Shown here: piece by piece, positions 17,593 to 27,800 of the stretch
Position numbering within the stretch: the stretch's first letter is position 1
How the letters are laid out: each line of letters starts with the position of its first letter
Virus record (IMG/VR): IMGVR_UViG_3300020044_002592
Location: 1-36,247 of that record
DNA from: a virus
Taxonomy: Duplodnaviria; Caudoviricetes
Reading direction: 5' to 3' (one strand)
Length of the DNA stretch: 36,247 nt
The notes under the pieces: model-generated
Seen by the model: only the letters and a program-made list of their open reading frames with translations
What the model was told of the DNA's origin: nothing
The model's database searches: none
Translations under genes and position numbers: made by a program

Positions 17593-20500
17593 TGGTAACA
17601 CCTAGCCAGATACTTGCAGACTTTGCTGAAGAGAAGAGAAGGGTCAGCGGGTCGCAGACCCGTGCTCCTGTTGTAACTCGTAAGGACACTCTCGCTCAAG
17701 CGTTCGCTAAAACTAATTTGTTTGAACCTAAGAAGCCTGCTGAACCTGGCGGGTGGAAGGGTTTCGTTTCTGATGTGATGGGTTCTCCTATTGGTACTGT
17801 GTTGACTGGTGCTGGTGAGGCTCTCGCTCTTCCTGGTCGGACTATCACATCTGGTTTGAAAGAATACCTTGACACGATGGACGCTGATCCCAATACGACT
17901 GCGTCGTGGGATGATTTCAAGACTCAGGTAAAAGATCCGACGTTCGGTTTCGGAAGGATCGCTGGCGATATCACTCCTAACAAGTGGGTGAATCGTGCTA
18001 TTGGTTTTGTTGGCGATGTCGCTCTTGATCCTTTGACGTATGTGACTTTGGGGACTAGCAAGTTTGCTGGTACTGGTGGTCGGTTCGCTTTGGCGAACCT
18101 GGCTAAGAAAACTATTCCTGATATTGATCCTGCGAAGTTGGCGAAGGTTGTTCGGTATGGTCGTTCTGCTTTGGATGCAGACGACATTGCTCGTCTTGGT
18201 ATTAACAAGACTGGCTTGTACATGTTTGGTAAGCGTATCTCTGGCACTGGCAAGGTTGGGGAGGTAACTGAGGACATTCTTTCTAGTGCTCGTGTGTGGA
18301 CTTCTGACACTCGTCTTGGTCGTGCGATGCAGAAGGCGTTCACCCCTACTGACATGCGTGATCTTCGTTTGCAGTTGATGCGTGGCGAGATACCTGAAGG
18401 TAAGGTGGCTGACACTTTGACGACTGTGATGTCTCGTGACACTCAGCGTGCAATGAATGCGAAGAGCATGATTGAGGGGCAGCGACGTGTTGTGCTTGCT
18501 GCTGGGGATCAGGCTGAGTTTGAGAGTGTTCGTGGGTCACTGTATAAGTATCTGGAGAATGATGCTTCTGTTGTCGATGCACCTGAGGTAGTTCAGAGGG
18601 CGCATAATAAGTGGCGTACTACTTTGAATAGTTTCTGGGATGACATTCAGGGTATCTACCGCACCATTCAGGGTGCGGAAGATTCGATGATTGGTTACCG
18701 AGAGAACTATGTTCCTTGGGTTGAGACTGACGCTGCTCGTCAGTGGCGTGTGACGACTAAGAATGAGTACGGGAAGTCGGCTACTCAGTATGCAGAAAAT
18801 CCTTTCGCTCCTGTTGGTGTGTATAACCCGCGCACTCTTAAGGAGGGCAGCGAATGGTTCGGGACTGTCTTGTCGAAGGAAGACCTGAACATTGATAGGT
18901 TGAATGAGATCGCCAATGTTGGTGGGTTCAAGGGTCAGTACTTTGAGACTGATCTTGGAACCATTATGAATAAGTACATTAATGATTATGCGGAGCAGAT
19001 GGGTATTGCTGCTCGGTTCAAAGAGATCTCTGATGCTGGGGTGATGAAGAACTTCACGGAGCGGGCCATCGACGAAGTCGTCGTTGACCCTGCTGCTGTG
19101 CTTCGACAGCAGGCTCCTGTTGAGGCGTTGAAGAAGGATTTGAATCAGGCCAAGTTTGGTGTGGTTGATGCTGCTTCTCAGGCTCTTGAGACTGTGGTTG
19201 GTGAGCGCACTTCTGCTGTGGGCCAGTTGTCCAGGGTGCTTGGTGATGTTGACGATGCTGCGCAGGCTGTGAGTAAGGCTGGTCAGCGTCTTGGTGTTCT
19301 GAACGATGCTTTGAATTCTGCTGAGTTGCGTCTTCAGTCTTTCAGGGAGAACTTGTTTGGTTTGATGAGTGGCGATGTTCCTGCTGCTGCTCAGCCAATC
19401 ATGAAAGAACTTGACGATCTTTACAATGTGATCGGCAGTTTGAAGGATGATGCTGCTCGGGCCGTTGACGAGGAGGAAGCGTTCAGGCTTGAGTTGGAGG
19501 CTGCTAAGGCTGCGAAGAGCCAGAATCAGGCTGATATTATTGCTCGTCGTGATGCTGCTCGTTCTCAGCGTGCTGCTTCGATGAAGGATAAGACTGACAG
19601 GTACGAGGCTGGTATCGATACTGTTAGCAACATTGTTGATTACAACATGTTGATCACTAACAACTGGGAGAAGATCGTTAGTGGTGAGGTTCTTTCTGGC
19701 CCTGATGCTGCACGGTTGAATGAGTTCGCTACTTGGATTGGTAGTCAGCCTTTAGATCCTCGCCGTAAGGGTCGTGCTGGTTCAAGGCTGGGTCTTGTTG
19801 GTTCGTTGCAGACTTTCGTCAAGGATCAGGTTGAGGGTCTTGACTGGTATAAGCAACTGAATTCTAAGATCAAGGTTGTTAAGACACGGGTTGCTAATGG
19901 TACTGATGAACGGTATCGGGGTACTGTCGCTGGTCTTCTTGATGGTGGCTCTAAGTATCTTGATGATTCTCGTGCTGATGGCATGTGGGTGTTGGCTCGT
20001 GATCATCGCACGTTTGATGGTGATAGCCCCAGACTTCTTGTCGGTGCTGGCGATGAGTTGAAAGATGTGTTGAAGGCAGCGGAAGATGTCGCTGCTTTGC
20101 GTCGTGCTCAGACTACTGCCAACGCTAGCGAACGTGCCATGAACATGGAACGTCGCGCTTATGACGAGTTTATGGCGAACGTCCCTGAGATTCAGGCTGC
20201 TGGTGCTCGTCTGAAAAGGTTTGATGATTTCAATAATGATCTGCAGGCTCGTGGCCTGGCAGATTCTGCTGAGCCTGTTTCTTTGGAAGATCAGCAGTTG
20301 TTTGTTCAGAGCATTACGAATGAGAACCAGGATGTTCTTCTTGATTTGGCTGAGAAGAAGAGTGCTGTTGCTGATGTTGAGACTGGCATCGACAAGGGCA
20401 TTGAGGCTGAGGGTTTCACTGTTGAGCGTCGTAAGGCTGTTGTTAAGACGGAGAAGGAGGCTTCTGCGTATCTTAATGAGTTGAAGAAGTTGACTGAACG

Positions 20501-23500
20501 TCCTGTGCGTTCCTATAAGGAACTGTATGACAGGGTTGAAGAGATCAAGAAGTTGATGTCTCGTCGCAAGTGGACTTCTGGTCAGGGTACTTCGGAGCGT
20601 GTGTTCACTGCAGAGGACGCTTTGGTTCGGAAGAACTCCACTACTGGTAAGAGTAAGTTGGAAGTTACTGTTGAGGAAGCGGAGCGGTTGCAGGGTGTTC
20701 GGCAGACGTTGACGGAAGATGTCGATGCTGAGGCTGTTGCTTTCACTATGGCTGACAAGATGACTCAGTACTATCTGTTGTCTGAGTTGAATCAGCGGTT
20801 CTTGCATTTGGCTGGCCTTACTTCTGCTTATGGGACTGTGCCTTCTCGTGAGATGTTTGTTGAGTTGGCTGCGAATGTTGCTAAGCCTTACGTCGACATG
20901 TGGGAGGCTCGTGTTGCTTCTCTGTCTGCTGCTAACTCTCCGCAGTTGGAGCAGGCTCAGAATGTTCTGTTGCGTCTGAAGGCTTTCTCGGACAATCCGT
21001 CTGATGATTTGTATTCGGTTGTTCTTGGTGATGCTGGTGCTCGTTTGCGTAATGCTACGCCTGCTAAGCCGAGTCGTACTGTTCGTCCTTTGAGCGCTAA
21101 GAGCAAGACTGTTTTGGATTCTGCTACTGACAGCATTCAAAGCACTAAGGCAGATCCTTTGTATTTGAAGTCGATGCATGACAAAGAGATTGTCGACGCA
21201 TTGCAGGATCTCTCTGGTGTCGATCTTCATCTGCACACTTTGGGTGATGGCACTAAGGGTTTCTTGGCTCGTGGTGCTGACGGTTCGATGGATGTGTTGA
21301 CATTGCCTGATGGTCGTCCGTTGTCTTTCTCTGAGGCTGAATGGGAGTCGCTGTTCACTCCTCCTGGTACTTCGCCTGCTGCATCTAAGGCTGCTTTGGC
21401 GAAGTTGGAGAAAGAGGTTGACGCTGCGACAGCGAAGTTGCAGCAGTTGCGTAAATCTGCCGAAACTTTGAACGCTAAGCGTAACGCTGGTAAGGCAACA
21501 CCTAAGGATGTTGAGCAGTTGAATGCGACTTTGCGTCGCATCACTGCTACAGAGAAGGCTGTTGCTGATTTGACTGAGCAGGCTAAGCCGTTGCGTTTGA
21601 TCATCGATGTTGAAGATCCGATGATTAAGGCTGCTGCTTTGGAGAAGGCTCGTGTTCTTGTTCAGGGTAATGGCACGCAGTCTGGCTGGTATTCAAAGGG
21701 TACGCCTTTGGATAACATTCGTTCGACTAACCCGAGTCGTGTGTCTGCTCGTCGTAAGAATCTGAATGATGCTTGGAAGGCTACGGCTGAGGCCAGCATC
21801 GACGATGCGGTTGGTTCTGCTGCTGCTAGGGCGAACATGTCTGCTCAGCGTGAGATGTTGAAGAACCCTGAGGCTGTTGCTACTCAGGCAGAGAAGTTGA
21901 GTGAGGCTGCTGACGCTGCTGCTACTCGTGTCGCTGCTGAGGCTTCTCCTACAGACCCGCAGGAACTGCGTAAGAGTTTGGGTGAGCGTGTCTCTGAGGC
22001 TAGCCGTAACTATCGTGGGGCTGCTTCCGCTAGGAAGAAGGCTGAAGGTCAGGTCGCTGGGACTGAACGTAGGGTTGCTGCCTTGGAGGCTTCGTTGAAT
22101 ACGAAGTTCGATAAGGAAGTGATGAGGGTTATCGGCAAGGAGCAGAAGGCTCTTGACGATGTTTCTAATATTCGTGCTGCTGTTGCTGAGGCTCAGGCTG
22201 CGTTTGACAGTGCTGAGGCTTTCTTGATTAGTAAGCAGGCTGTGGCTGATGAGATTGTTCCTTCTCTCCAGGCGAAGATTGACATGGTTGACTCATTGAT
22301 CAATGGCACTGTGAGTTTCCCAGGATCTCGTGTTCGTGCATTGGGCGTGAGGCCACCTACTCCTGCTGCACCAGAGCAGTTGGTTAAGAGTGCTCCTAAG
22401 CGTGGCAAGGCTCGTGCTACTGCTGCTTCTGCGGGCAAGAAGTTCGCTCCGCAGTTGACTGCTGCTGAGTCTGCTGAGTTGATTCGTTGGGCGCGCGGTG
22501 CAAAGCAGGCCATCGCCATGTTCACGAATGATCCTGATGATCCGATTGCTCGTGCTCTACTGGCTGAGGCGCAGGCCGAGGCCAGGTTCTTGATGGCTGA
22601 TGTCACCTATAAGCAGGAGTTGAACATTCTCACCCAGTTGAAGAAGGGTGACAGCGTTCAGAAGATTGTCTATGAGATCGATAAGGGCTGGAAGAGCATG
22701 GAGCGGGTGAACCTTCCTCGTATGCAGATGCCTGCTGATCTTGCTGAGGCGATGACTAACTTGCGTCGTGTCGATCAGCCTGAGTTCGCTAGACAGTTGA
22801 ATAGGTTCTTGGGTAAGTACACGCAGTACTTCAAAGCGTATGCGACGTTGTCTCCTGGCTTCCATGTTCGTAACGCCCTCGGCAACACCTTCATGGTGCT
22901 TGCCTCTGGCGCTAACCCTGAGAACATGTTGGAAGGTTTGAGGATCTACACCTCTTTGCGTCAAGCAATTAAGAATCAGGTTCCTTACGAGACGTGGGCT
23001 GAGCAGACTGCTAAGACTGTGTCTCCTGAGAAGATGGCTCGCATCGACATCGCTGTGCGTGCGTCTGAGGCTGCTGGTGGTGGACGTATCGAAGAGGCGT
23101 TCGCTGACTTCTTTAAGCAGGGTCAGCGGTTGAGTGACAACATTGCTACTCGTACTTCTCGTAAGGTCGGTGAGCGTGTTGAGGGTTCTGCTCGTTTCAT
23201 GTTGGCTTACGATTCTGCTGCTAAGGGTTTGGACTTCAATGGTTCGGCTGCTCGTGTGCGTCGCTACCTGTTTGATTACAACGATGTGGGTTCTGCTGAC
23301 ATGGCGTTGCGTCAGGTCGTTCCGTTCTGGATGTGGATGTCTCGTAACCTTCCGTTGCAGATTGTGAACCAGTGGACTGAGCCTCGTACTTATGCGATCT
23401 ACGGTCAACTGATGAAGAACTTTGGTGAAGAGGACGAGGGTGAGGTTGTGCCTAAGTGGTTGAAGCAGCAGGGTGCTGTGAAGATTGCTGACAACTGGTA

Positions 23501-23954
23501 TCTGTCGTTTGATACGGGCATTGGTCGTATTAAGGAACAGTTTGAGTTGTTGGAGAACCCGACTCGTTTCTTGAAGGATGTCAACCCGATTCTGCGTGTT
23601 CCGTTTGAGGTTGGCATGTTGAATAAGAAGTTGTATCGGGGTGTGCCGTTCTCTGATAAGCCTGTTGAGGTTGCTGGTGGGCCGTTGTCTCCAGCAGTTA
23701 TGGCTTTAGCCAAACTGTTTGGTCAGACCACTGAGTTGCCTGGTGGCGGTACTGGTGTAACGGACAAGTTTAATTATGCGCTGATGAACTTGAACCCTCT
23801 TGCTGGCACGGTCGAACGTCTTATTCCTTCTTCGGAGTTTTACGAGGAGCGCCAGTTGGGAAGCCTTGCTTCTTTCCTTGGTTTGCCGTTGCGTCAGGTT
23901 ACGGAAGGTGCTCGCGAGGCAGAGTTGCGACGACGAGAGTTTGAAGGAGAATGA
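17592..23954 (+). CDS. Giant internal virion / DNA-ejection protein (2120 aa; large-polyvalent-protein-like C-terminus)
   Basis: N-terminal 'GFVGDVALDPLTYV'; C-terminal 'PGFHVRNALGN', 'LFDY', 'VPFWMWMSRNLPLQ'; long coiled-coil centre; last structural gene. Confidence 0.75.
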   Translation: MVTPSQILADFAEEKRRVSGSQTRAPVVTRKDTLAQAFAKTNLFEPKKPAEPGGWKGFVSDVMGSPIGTVLTGAGEALALPGRTITSGLKEYLDTMDADPNTTASWDDFKTQVKDPTFGFGRIAGDITPNKWVNRAIGFVGDVALDPLTYVTLGTSKFAGTGGRFALANLAKKTIPDIDPAKLAKVVRYGRSALDADDIARLGINKTGLYMFGKRISGTGKVGEVTEDILSSARVWTSDTRLGRAMQKAFTPTDMRDLRLQLMRGEIPEGKVADTLTTVMSRDTQRAMNAKSMIEGQRRVVLAAGDQAEFESVRGSLYKYLENDASVVDAPEVVQRAHNKWRTTLNSFWDDIQGIYRTIQGAEDSMIGYRENYVPWVETDAARQWRVTTKNEYGKSATQYAENPFAPVGVYNPRTLKEGSEWFGTVLSKEDLNIDRLNEIANVGGFKGQYFETDLGTIMNKYINDYAEQMGIAARFKEISDAGVMKNFTERAIDEVVVDPAAVLRQQAPVEALKKDLNQAKFGVVDAASQALETVVGERTSAVGQLSRVLGDVDDAAQAVSKAGQRLGVLNDALNSAELRLQSFRENLFGLMSGDVPAAAQPIMKELDDLYNVIGSLKDDAARAVDEEEAFRLELEAAKAAKSQNQADIIARRDAARSQRAASMKDKTDRYEAGIDTVSNIVDYNMLITNNWEKIVSGEVLSGPDAARLNEFATWIGSQPLDPRRKGRAGSRLGLVGSLQTFVKDQVEGLDWYKQLNSKIKVVKTRVANGTDERYRGTVAGLLDGGSKYLDDSRADGMWVLARDHRTFDGDSPRLLVGAGDELKDVLKAAEDVAALRRAQTTANASERAMNMERRAYDEFMANVPEIQAAGARLKRFDDFNNDLQARGLADSAEPVSLEDQQLFVQSITNENQDVLLDLAEKKSAVADVETGIDKGIEAEGFTVERRKAVVKTEKEASAYLNELKKLTERPVRSYKELYDRVEEIKKLMSRRKWTSGQGTSERVFTAEDALVRKNSTTGKSKLEVTVEEAERLQGVRQTLTEDVDAEAVAFTMADKMTQYYLLSELNQRFLHLAGLTSAYGTVPSREMFVELAANVAKPYVDMWEARVASLSAANSPQLEQAQNVLLRLKAFSDNPSDDLYSVVLGDAGARLRNATPAKPSRTVRPLSAKSKTVLDSATDSIQSTKADPLYLKSMHDKEIVDALQDLSGVDLHLHTLGDGTKGFLARGADGSMDVLTLPDGRPLSFSEAEWESLFTPPGTSPAASKAALAKLEKEVDAATAKLQQLRKSAETLNAKRNAGKATPKDVEQLNATLRRITATEKAVADLTEQAKPLRLIIDVEDPMIKAAALEKARVLVQGNGTQSGWYSKGTPLDNIRSTNPSRVSARRKNLNDAWKATAEASIDDAVGSAAARANMSAQREMLKNPEAVATQAEKLSEAADAAATRVAAEASPTDPQELRKSLGERVSEASRNYRGAASARKKAEGQVAGTERRVAALEASLNTKFDKEVMRVIGKEQKALDDVSNIRAAVAEAQAAFDSAEAFLISKQAVADEIVPSLQAKIDMVDSLINGTVSFPGSRVRALGVRPPTPAAPEQLVKSAPKRGKARATAASAGKKFAPQLTAAESAELIRWARGAKQAIAMFTNDPDDPIARALLAEAQAEARFLMADVTYKQELNILTQLKKGDSVQKIVYEIDKGWKSMERVNLPRMQMPADLAEAMTNLRRVDQPEFARQLNRFLGKYTQYFKAYATLSPGFHVRNALGNTFMVLASGANPENMLEGLRIYTSLRQAIKNQVPYETWAEQTAKTVSPEKMARIDIAVRASEAAGGGRIEEAFADFFKQGQRLSDNIATRTSRKVGERVEGSARFMLAYDSAAKGLDFNGSAARVRRYLFDYNDVGSADMALRQVVPFWMWMSRNLPLQIVNQWTEPRTYAIYGQLMKNFGEEDEGEVVPKWLKQQGAVKIADNWYLSFDTGIGRIKEQFELLENPTRFLKDVNPILRVPFEVGMLNKKLYRGVPFSDKPVEVAGGPLSPAVMALAKLFGQTTELPGGGTGVTDKFNYALMNLNPLAGTVERLIPSSEFYEERQLGSLASFLGLPLRQVTEGAREAELRRREFEGE

Positions 23955-24691
23955 TGATCACTTACGCTTACGGTTACGCAGGTTCACGTTTGTCGTTGCC
24001 GGAGATGGAAGCGAGGCCCATGTGGAATCGTATTCATCCTGAGATGCGACGACGTTTAGTTGCCATGTTCGATGATGCTCGGGCTAACGGCAGGGATCTC
24101 GGTATTGGTGGCGGGTACAGATCGTCTGCTCAGCAGCGATCATTGTTCCTCAGTAGGTATGTGGAAGATCCGAATGGGACGGTTCGCTACGACGGTAAGT
24201 TGTGGTCGAAGAAGCCTGGCGTTGCTGCTGCAGCGCCTCCTGGTCGTTCGTACCATGAGGAGACTGATCCGAATGGTTTCTGTTTCGCAGCGGATCTTAT
24301 TGGTGATCTGAATTGGATGAACGCTAACTGTCATCGTTTCGGTTTGAAGCATTTCGCTAATGTGAATAACGAGCCGTGGCATGTTCAGCCTGTTGAGTTG
24401 CCGAACAGTCGCAGTGGTTACAACCCATCTGTGACATTGAAGAGCGATCTGCCTGTGGCAGAGAAGCCTCCCGTTGGTGCAGTGCTACGTTTCGATTACC
24501 CTGGCACACCTATCAAGCGTGGCTCTCGTGGCGACGCAGTGAAGTTGGTACAGTTGGTTGTCGGCGCTGGTGCTGACGGATGGTTCTGGCTTGCCACAGA
24601 GTCAAAGGTGAAGGCTTGGCAGCGTGCTAACGGCCTACTTGATGACGGTGTGGTTGGGCCTGTTACTTGGAAGAAGATGTTCGGAGTTTAG
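23951..24691 (+). CDS. Endolysin: M15 (VanY-like) Zn peptidase plus C-terminal peptidoglycan-binding domain
   Basis: 'GGYRS..QQ', 'PGRSYH...AAD', 'EPWH'; 'GSRGDAVKLVQ...VKAWQRANGL.DDGVVGPVTW' PG_binding_1. Confidence 0.9.
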   Translation: MMITYAYGYAGSRLSLPEMEARPMWNRIHPEMRRRLVAMFDDARANGRDLGIGGGYRSSAQQRSLFLSRYVEDPNGTVRYDGKLWSKKPGVAAAAPPGRSYHEETDPNGFCFAADLIGDLNWMNANCHRFGLKHFANVNNEPWHVQPVELPNSRSGYNPSVTLKSDLPVAEKPPVGAVLRFDYPGTPIKRGSRGDAVKLVQLVVGAGADGWFWLATESKVKAWQRANGLLDDGVVGPVTWKKMFGV

Positions 24692-24951
24692 AAGAACGGA
24701 TCTTCTTCGTCGTCTTCGGTGACGGCAGCGAACACACTAAATGCGATAGCACCAATGTACTCCAGCAGATGCTTGAATGCGACGGGGTCACCATTGGTTG
24801 AATCTTCGTAGGATTCTATGAAGTCGATAGCGGTTTCATGGTTGAGAACAATCGTGATCCTGTATGAGGTCATGTTATCGATCTCAATCTTGCGGGCTAT
24901 GGCCTCAAGATCAGCGATGTCCTTAGGGTCTATTCCTTCTAGTTCTTCCAT
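24688..24951 (-). CDS. Acidic hypothetical protein (last gene of the leftward arm)
   Basis: 87 aa; stop overlaps the endolysin stop tail-to-tail. Confidence 0.7.
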   Translation of the reverse strand: MEELEGIDPKDIADLEAIARKIEIDNMTSYRITIVLNHETAIDFIESYEDSTNGDPVAFKHLLEYIGAIAFSVFAAVTEDDEEDPFF

Positions 24952-25037
24952 GATGCCTCTAGTAATAGGCTGTTCGTCTCCCCTTCAAGTCCAAAGGAAG
25001 TACAGCACTCCTATCAAAAGAACTAGGTGGACGTACA

Positions 25038-25199
25038 TCATTTGATTCCCTTGGCTTCCATCCTGTCAGCCACACGTTCAATGACCGACAGGGCGATATC
25101 CAGGTCGTGAAGGTTGGAGCGTGGCATGCCGAGCCTCTTAACAGCCTTCTTTAAGTCGTTAAGGTTTTTGGCTACCACTTCTAGTTCATCCTTCTTCAT
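25038..25199 (-). CDS. 53-aa hypothetical protein (MKKDELEVVAKNLNDLKKAVKRLG...)
   Basis: Manually translated; overlaps the upstream gene end; below track cutoff. Confidence 0.6.
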   Translation of the reverse strand: MKKDELEVVAKNLNDLKKAVKRLGMPRSNLHDLDIALSVIERVADRMEAKGIK

Positions 25200-25356
25200 C
25201 GTTGGTCAGACCAGCCTTGATTGCTTCCGCCATGCCAATGATTATGTTCTTAGAATCTTCGTTGTCATCTGACACGAAGATGATCACTGCCAAAACGAGT
25301 GCTGCAACTTCTTCTAGTAAGAGGTTACTGATATAGATGTTTTTCTTTTCAGTCAT
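25186..25356 (-). CDS. 56-aa hypothetical protein (MTEKKNIYISNLLLEEVAALVLAVIIFV...)
   Basis: Manually translated; GGAG upstream; overlaps the stop of the preceding gene. Confidence 0.6.
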   Translation of the reverse strand: MTEKKNIYISNLLLEEVAALVLAVIIFVSDDNEDSKNIIIGMAEAIKAGLTNDEEG

Positions 25357-26065
25357 TTGTAATCAACTCCAATGTGAATGTGTTTTCTTCTAGCATTTGT
25401 GCGATCACGCTGTAACCAACTAGGTCACGCCATGTGTCAAGCAAAGTTTCGTTCTTCGCTTTAGAAGATGACTTGCATAGTGTGACAAGTCTAGCGATCT
25501 TGTCACAGATACGAATGCCAACGCCTGTCTTGCCGAACATGAGGATGTTGCCATGACCGTAGTCGTGTTGCTTCGACACGAGGAGGTCATGCATCTCGTC
25601 GATGTCCCATGTCTTCTCATGTTTCATCTGACCGATTGCTCGCATCCCAATGTTGTAGATCGTTTCAACAGGGATCTCTTTGTATGAGCGCACGCATTTT
25701 CCTATGTTGGCTTGATCTGCTTTCATCTGTTGGATGCTGGCCTTCGCTGGCTCTGCAACAAAGTCCATTCTTTTCAGTAGGGACATTGACGCATCTTCCC
25801 AACATGTCGGGATGTTGTACTTCAAACTTACGTTGCTGTTCTTCAAGAGTTCTTTTCCTAACTGTTCCATTGCTCGTTGGGATAAACGCCATGCGTGCGG
25901 TTTGCTGAATCCTAGCCTGTCACCAAGCCTGCTGTATGGGACACCTTCATAGAAGATTGCTTCTATGCATGTCCTTGACATCGGGTCTAACGCTTCGACT
26001 GCTACACGAACTGCTTCAATGTGCGACCTGTCAAACTCTGCTTCTGGTTCCCCCCATTGCATCAT
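25349..26065 (-). CDS. Fusion: sigma-70 region 4-like HTH plus C-terminal DUF1599 (nucleotide-modification-associated)-like domain; start uncertain
   Basis: 'AVEALDPMSRTCIEAIFYEGVPYSRLGDRLGFSKPHAWRLSQRAMEQL' (sigma4-like); 'LLVSKQHDYG...IRICDKIARL...NETLLDTWRDLVGYSVI' (DUF1599-like); frame open up to 26377. Confidence 0.7.
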   Translation of the reverse strand: MMQWGEPEAEFDRSHIEAVRVAVEALDPMSRTCIEAIFYEGVPYSRLGDRLGFSKPHAWRLSQRAMEQLGKELLKNSNVSLKYNIPTCWEDASMSLLKRMDFVAEPAKASIQQMKADQANIGKCVRSYKEIPVETIYNIGMRAIGQMKHEKTWDIDEMHDLLVSKQHDYGHGNILMFGKTGVGIRICDKIARLVTLCKSSSKAKNETLLDTWRDLVGYSVIAQMLEENTFTLELITND

Positions 26066-26111
26066 CCATTCGGATTCTGTTTTAGGTTTCGATGGCAGGA
26101 TGTCTAGTAGA

Positions 26112-26576
26112 TCATACTCCCGTTTCGGGACGTTGCTCTTCCACTGGAAAGTCTGATATGTGGAGGGCGAAGTACGGTTTCTTATTGTCGACGAATCTTT
26201 CAAACGTCGCAGCCTTGTGGCACGCCGTGATCCATTCGGTGAGTGATCCATCCCAATACCTTTTCTTACTTGAGTCATATATCCAAAGCCTGACTGGCCC
26301 GATGCATTCCCACGTCTGCAGCGAAGACGCTTTATCCAGTTTGAACTTGAGGGTGCTGTCTCCACGGGAGGCAACACCCATCACTTCGTAAAGGCAATCT
26401 GGAACCATGAAGTCAGGGGCGTAGCGCATGTCTTCGGACATGCCACGCACATCGAAGTTCGGTCTGTTCAAACCTAAACGATGCGCATAAGGGTGGACTT
26501 GAAGGAACGCTTCTTCGGCGGTGTCCCCCATCGTTTTGTAACGCTTAGCCCATTGGCTGTCACGGTAGGTGGTCAT
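26112..26576 (-). CDS. PD-(D/E)XK-like nuclease-fold protein
   Basis: 'GDTAEEAF...YAPDF...LYEVMG'; ATGA overlap with the RusA stop. Confidence 0.6.
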   Translation of the reverse strand: MTTYRDSQWAKRYKTMGDTAEEAFLQVHPYAHRLGLNRPNFDVRGMSEDMRYAPDFMVPDCLYEVMGVASRGDSTLKFKLDKASSLQTWECIGPVRLWIYDSSKKRYWDGSLTEWITACHKAATFERFVDNKKPYFALHISDFPVEEQRPETGV

Positions 26577-26989
26577 ATCTTGATGCCTACGATCTTGACA
26601 ACTTGCGAGTCATCTTTCCAGGCGACACCATTCAAACCATCCAAGATTGTTTTGATGTAGTTATCCAAGTCGCCACGAAGTTTCGACTTGGAATCCAGTT
26701 CGACACGTTCAACAATGATCGCAGTGCCTTCTTTGTCGACGACAATGTGAACGGCTACTTCACCCATAAACATGGGGCCATCCCACGCTTCAGCAATCTT
26801 CTTCTCTGCGTCAACAGTTTCTTTCGGCGTGTAGAAGAAAGGCTTACCAGTTTTAGATTGCGCTCCACGAGGCCGACCTTTCGGGTGAGGTTTGCCCTCT
26901 ATGTATGTTGAGTGTGACCGTATGCTCGTTCCATCAATTTCTCCAGTTCCCGATGACCCGAGGCTCCCCTCGTCATGTACTTTCCCCAT
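26573..26989 (-). CDS. rusA: RusA-like Holliday junction resolvase
   Basis: '[10 protein letters not shown]', 'YTPKET', '[25 protein letters not shown]'; start uncertain. Confidence 0.9.
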   Translation of the reverse strand: MGKVHDEGSLGSSGTGEIDGTSIRSHSTYIEGKPHPKGRPRGAQSKTGKPFFYTPKETVDAEKKIAEAWDGPMFMGEVAVHIVVDKEGTAIIVERVELDSKSKLRGDLDNYIKTILDGLNGVAWKDDSQVVKIVGIKI

Positions 26990-27798
26990 CGTAGATCAGC
27001 ATCCTCCAAAATTCGCAGCGCATCGGCTGGGTTCAACATTGCTTTCTTACACTCAAACGCTAGGTGCGCAAGAGTTGTTGACCTATCACGACCCTCAATG
27101 GGGCCGTCCCTGAATATCGCACGGCCCAACGGTGTGAGTATCCGAACTATTTCAGAGAGAGTTTCAGAGGGTGGCAGTAGGCCACTCACTTCCACTTTCG
27201 GTGGACTGTAGAAACCTGCGAGTTTCTTCACGAGTTCTGGTGAGAGTCGTGTATCCAATGCTGATTCTACAAAACTATCCAGGGTAAGTGGTTGATTGTC
27301 GCGTGCAACTATTTGCCGTTCACCTAACGCCCCACCCCCAGGGTAGGGCAGCCGAACATAGTTGCCGACCTGCGTTGGTTGTAACCGTTCCTGTTTGGGG
27401 TTGACTTCTTTGGGGTTAAGTTCTGTCACCTGGTGGGCAGCGAGGAACATGCGTCGCATGTCTCTTGCTGGTATCAGTTCAGTACAAAACACCCAGACGT
27501 GGTAGCCACGGCGTGTCTTCTCTACCCACGATGTGGCTCCGACAGCGGAGAGGGCATCGTGTAGTAGCCATGCATCTTGTGGCCCGTCATAGTCGATGTC
27601 TGTGCATCCCCAGACGCACATCGTTTCACCTTTGACTGGCAGGCAGGGGTAGACCCCAATGTATGGGCCGTCTTCTAGGTGCTTGACAAACTGTTCTTGT
27701 GTCAAGGGAGACTTGACACATCCCCCATCCCAGGAGCCGTAAGCATCACCACGTCCACGGAACAGGGTGATGAACCCTTCAATGGTTTTGCTGTCCAC
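26899..27798 (-). CDS. Archaeo-eukaryotic primase (AEP/PrimPol) with C-terminal PriCT-like domain
   Basis: 'LFRGR.DAYG', 'IGVYP', motif I 'DID', motif II 'RGYHVWVF', 'GNYVRLPY', 'DRSTTL'. Confidence 0.85.
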   Translation of the reverse strand: MDSKTIEGFITLFRGRGDAYGSWDGGCVKSPLTQEQFVKHLEDGPYIGVYPCLPVKGETMCVWGCTDIDYDGPQDAWLLHDALSAVGATSWVEKTRRGYHVWVFCTELIPARDMRRMFLAAHQVTELNPKEVNPKQERLQPTQVGNYVRLPYPGGGALGERQIVARDNQPLTLDSFVESALDTRLSPELVKKLAGFYSPPKVEVSGLLPPSETLSEIVRILTPLGRAIFRDGPIEGRDRSTTLAHLAFECKKAMLNPADALRILEDADLRWGKYMTRGASGHRELEKLMERAYGHTQHT

Positions 27799-27800
27799 AA

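Noticed and set aside
20000-20030. 'TFDGD' in the 2120-aa protein as a virion RNA polymerase DxDGD motif
   Set aside because: The first Asp is missing (T instead of D) and no double-psi beta-barrel context is evident
19782-21236. 484-aa antisense ORF and other long antisense ORFs (12263-12967, 22557-23408, 32192-32962)
   Set aside because: Shadow frames produced by strong codon bias of the real genes; no SD or protein-like motifs
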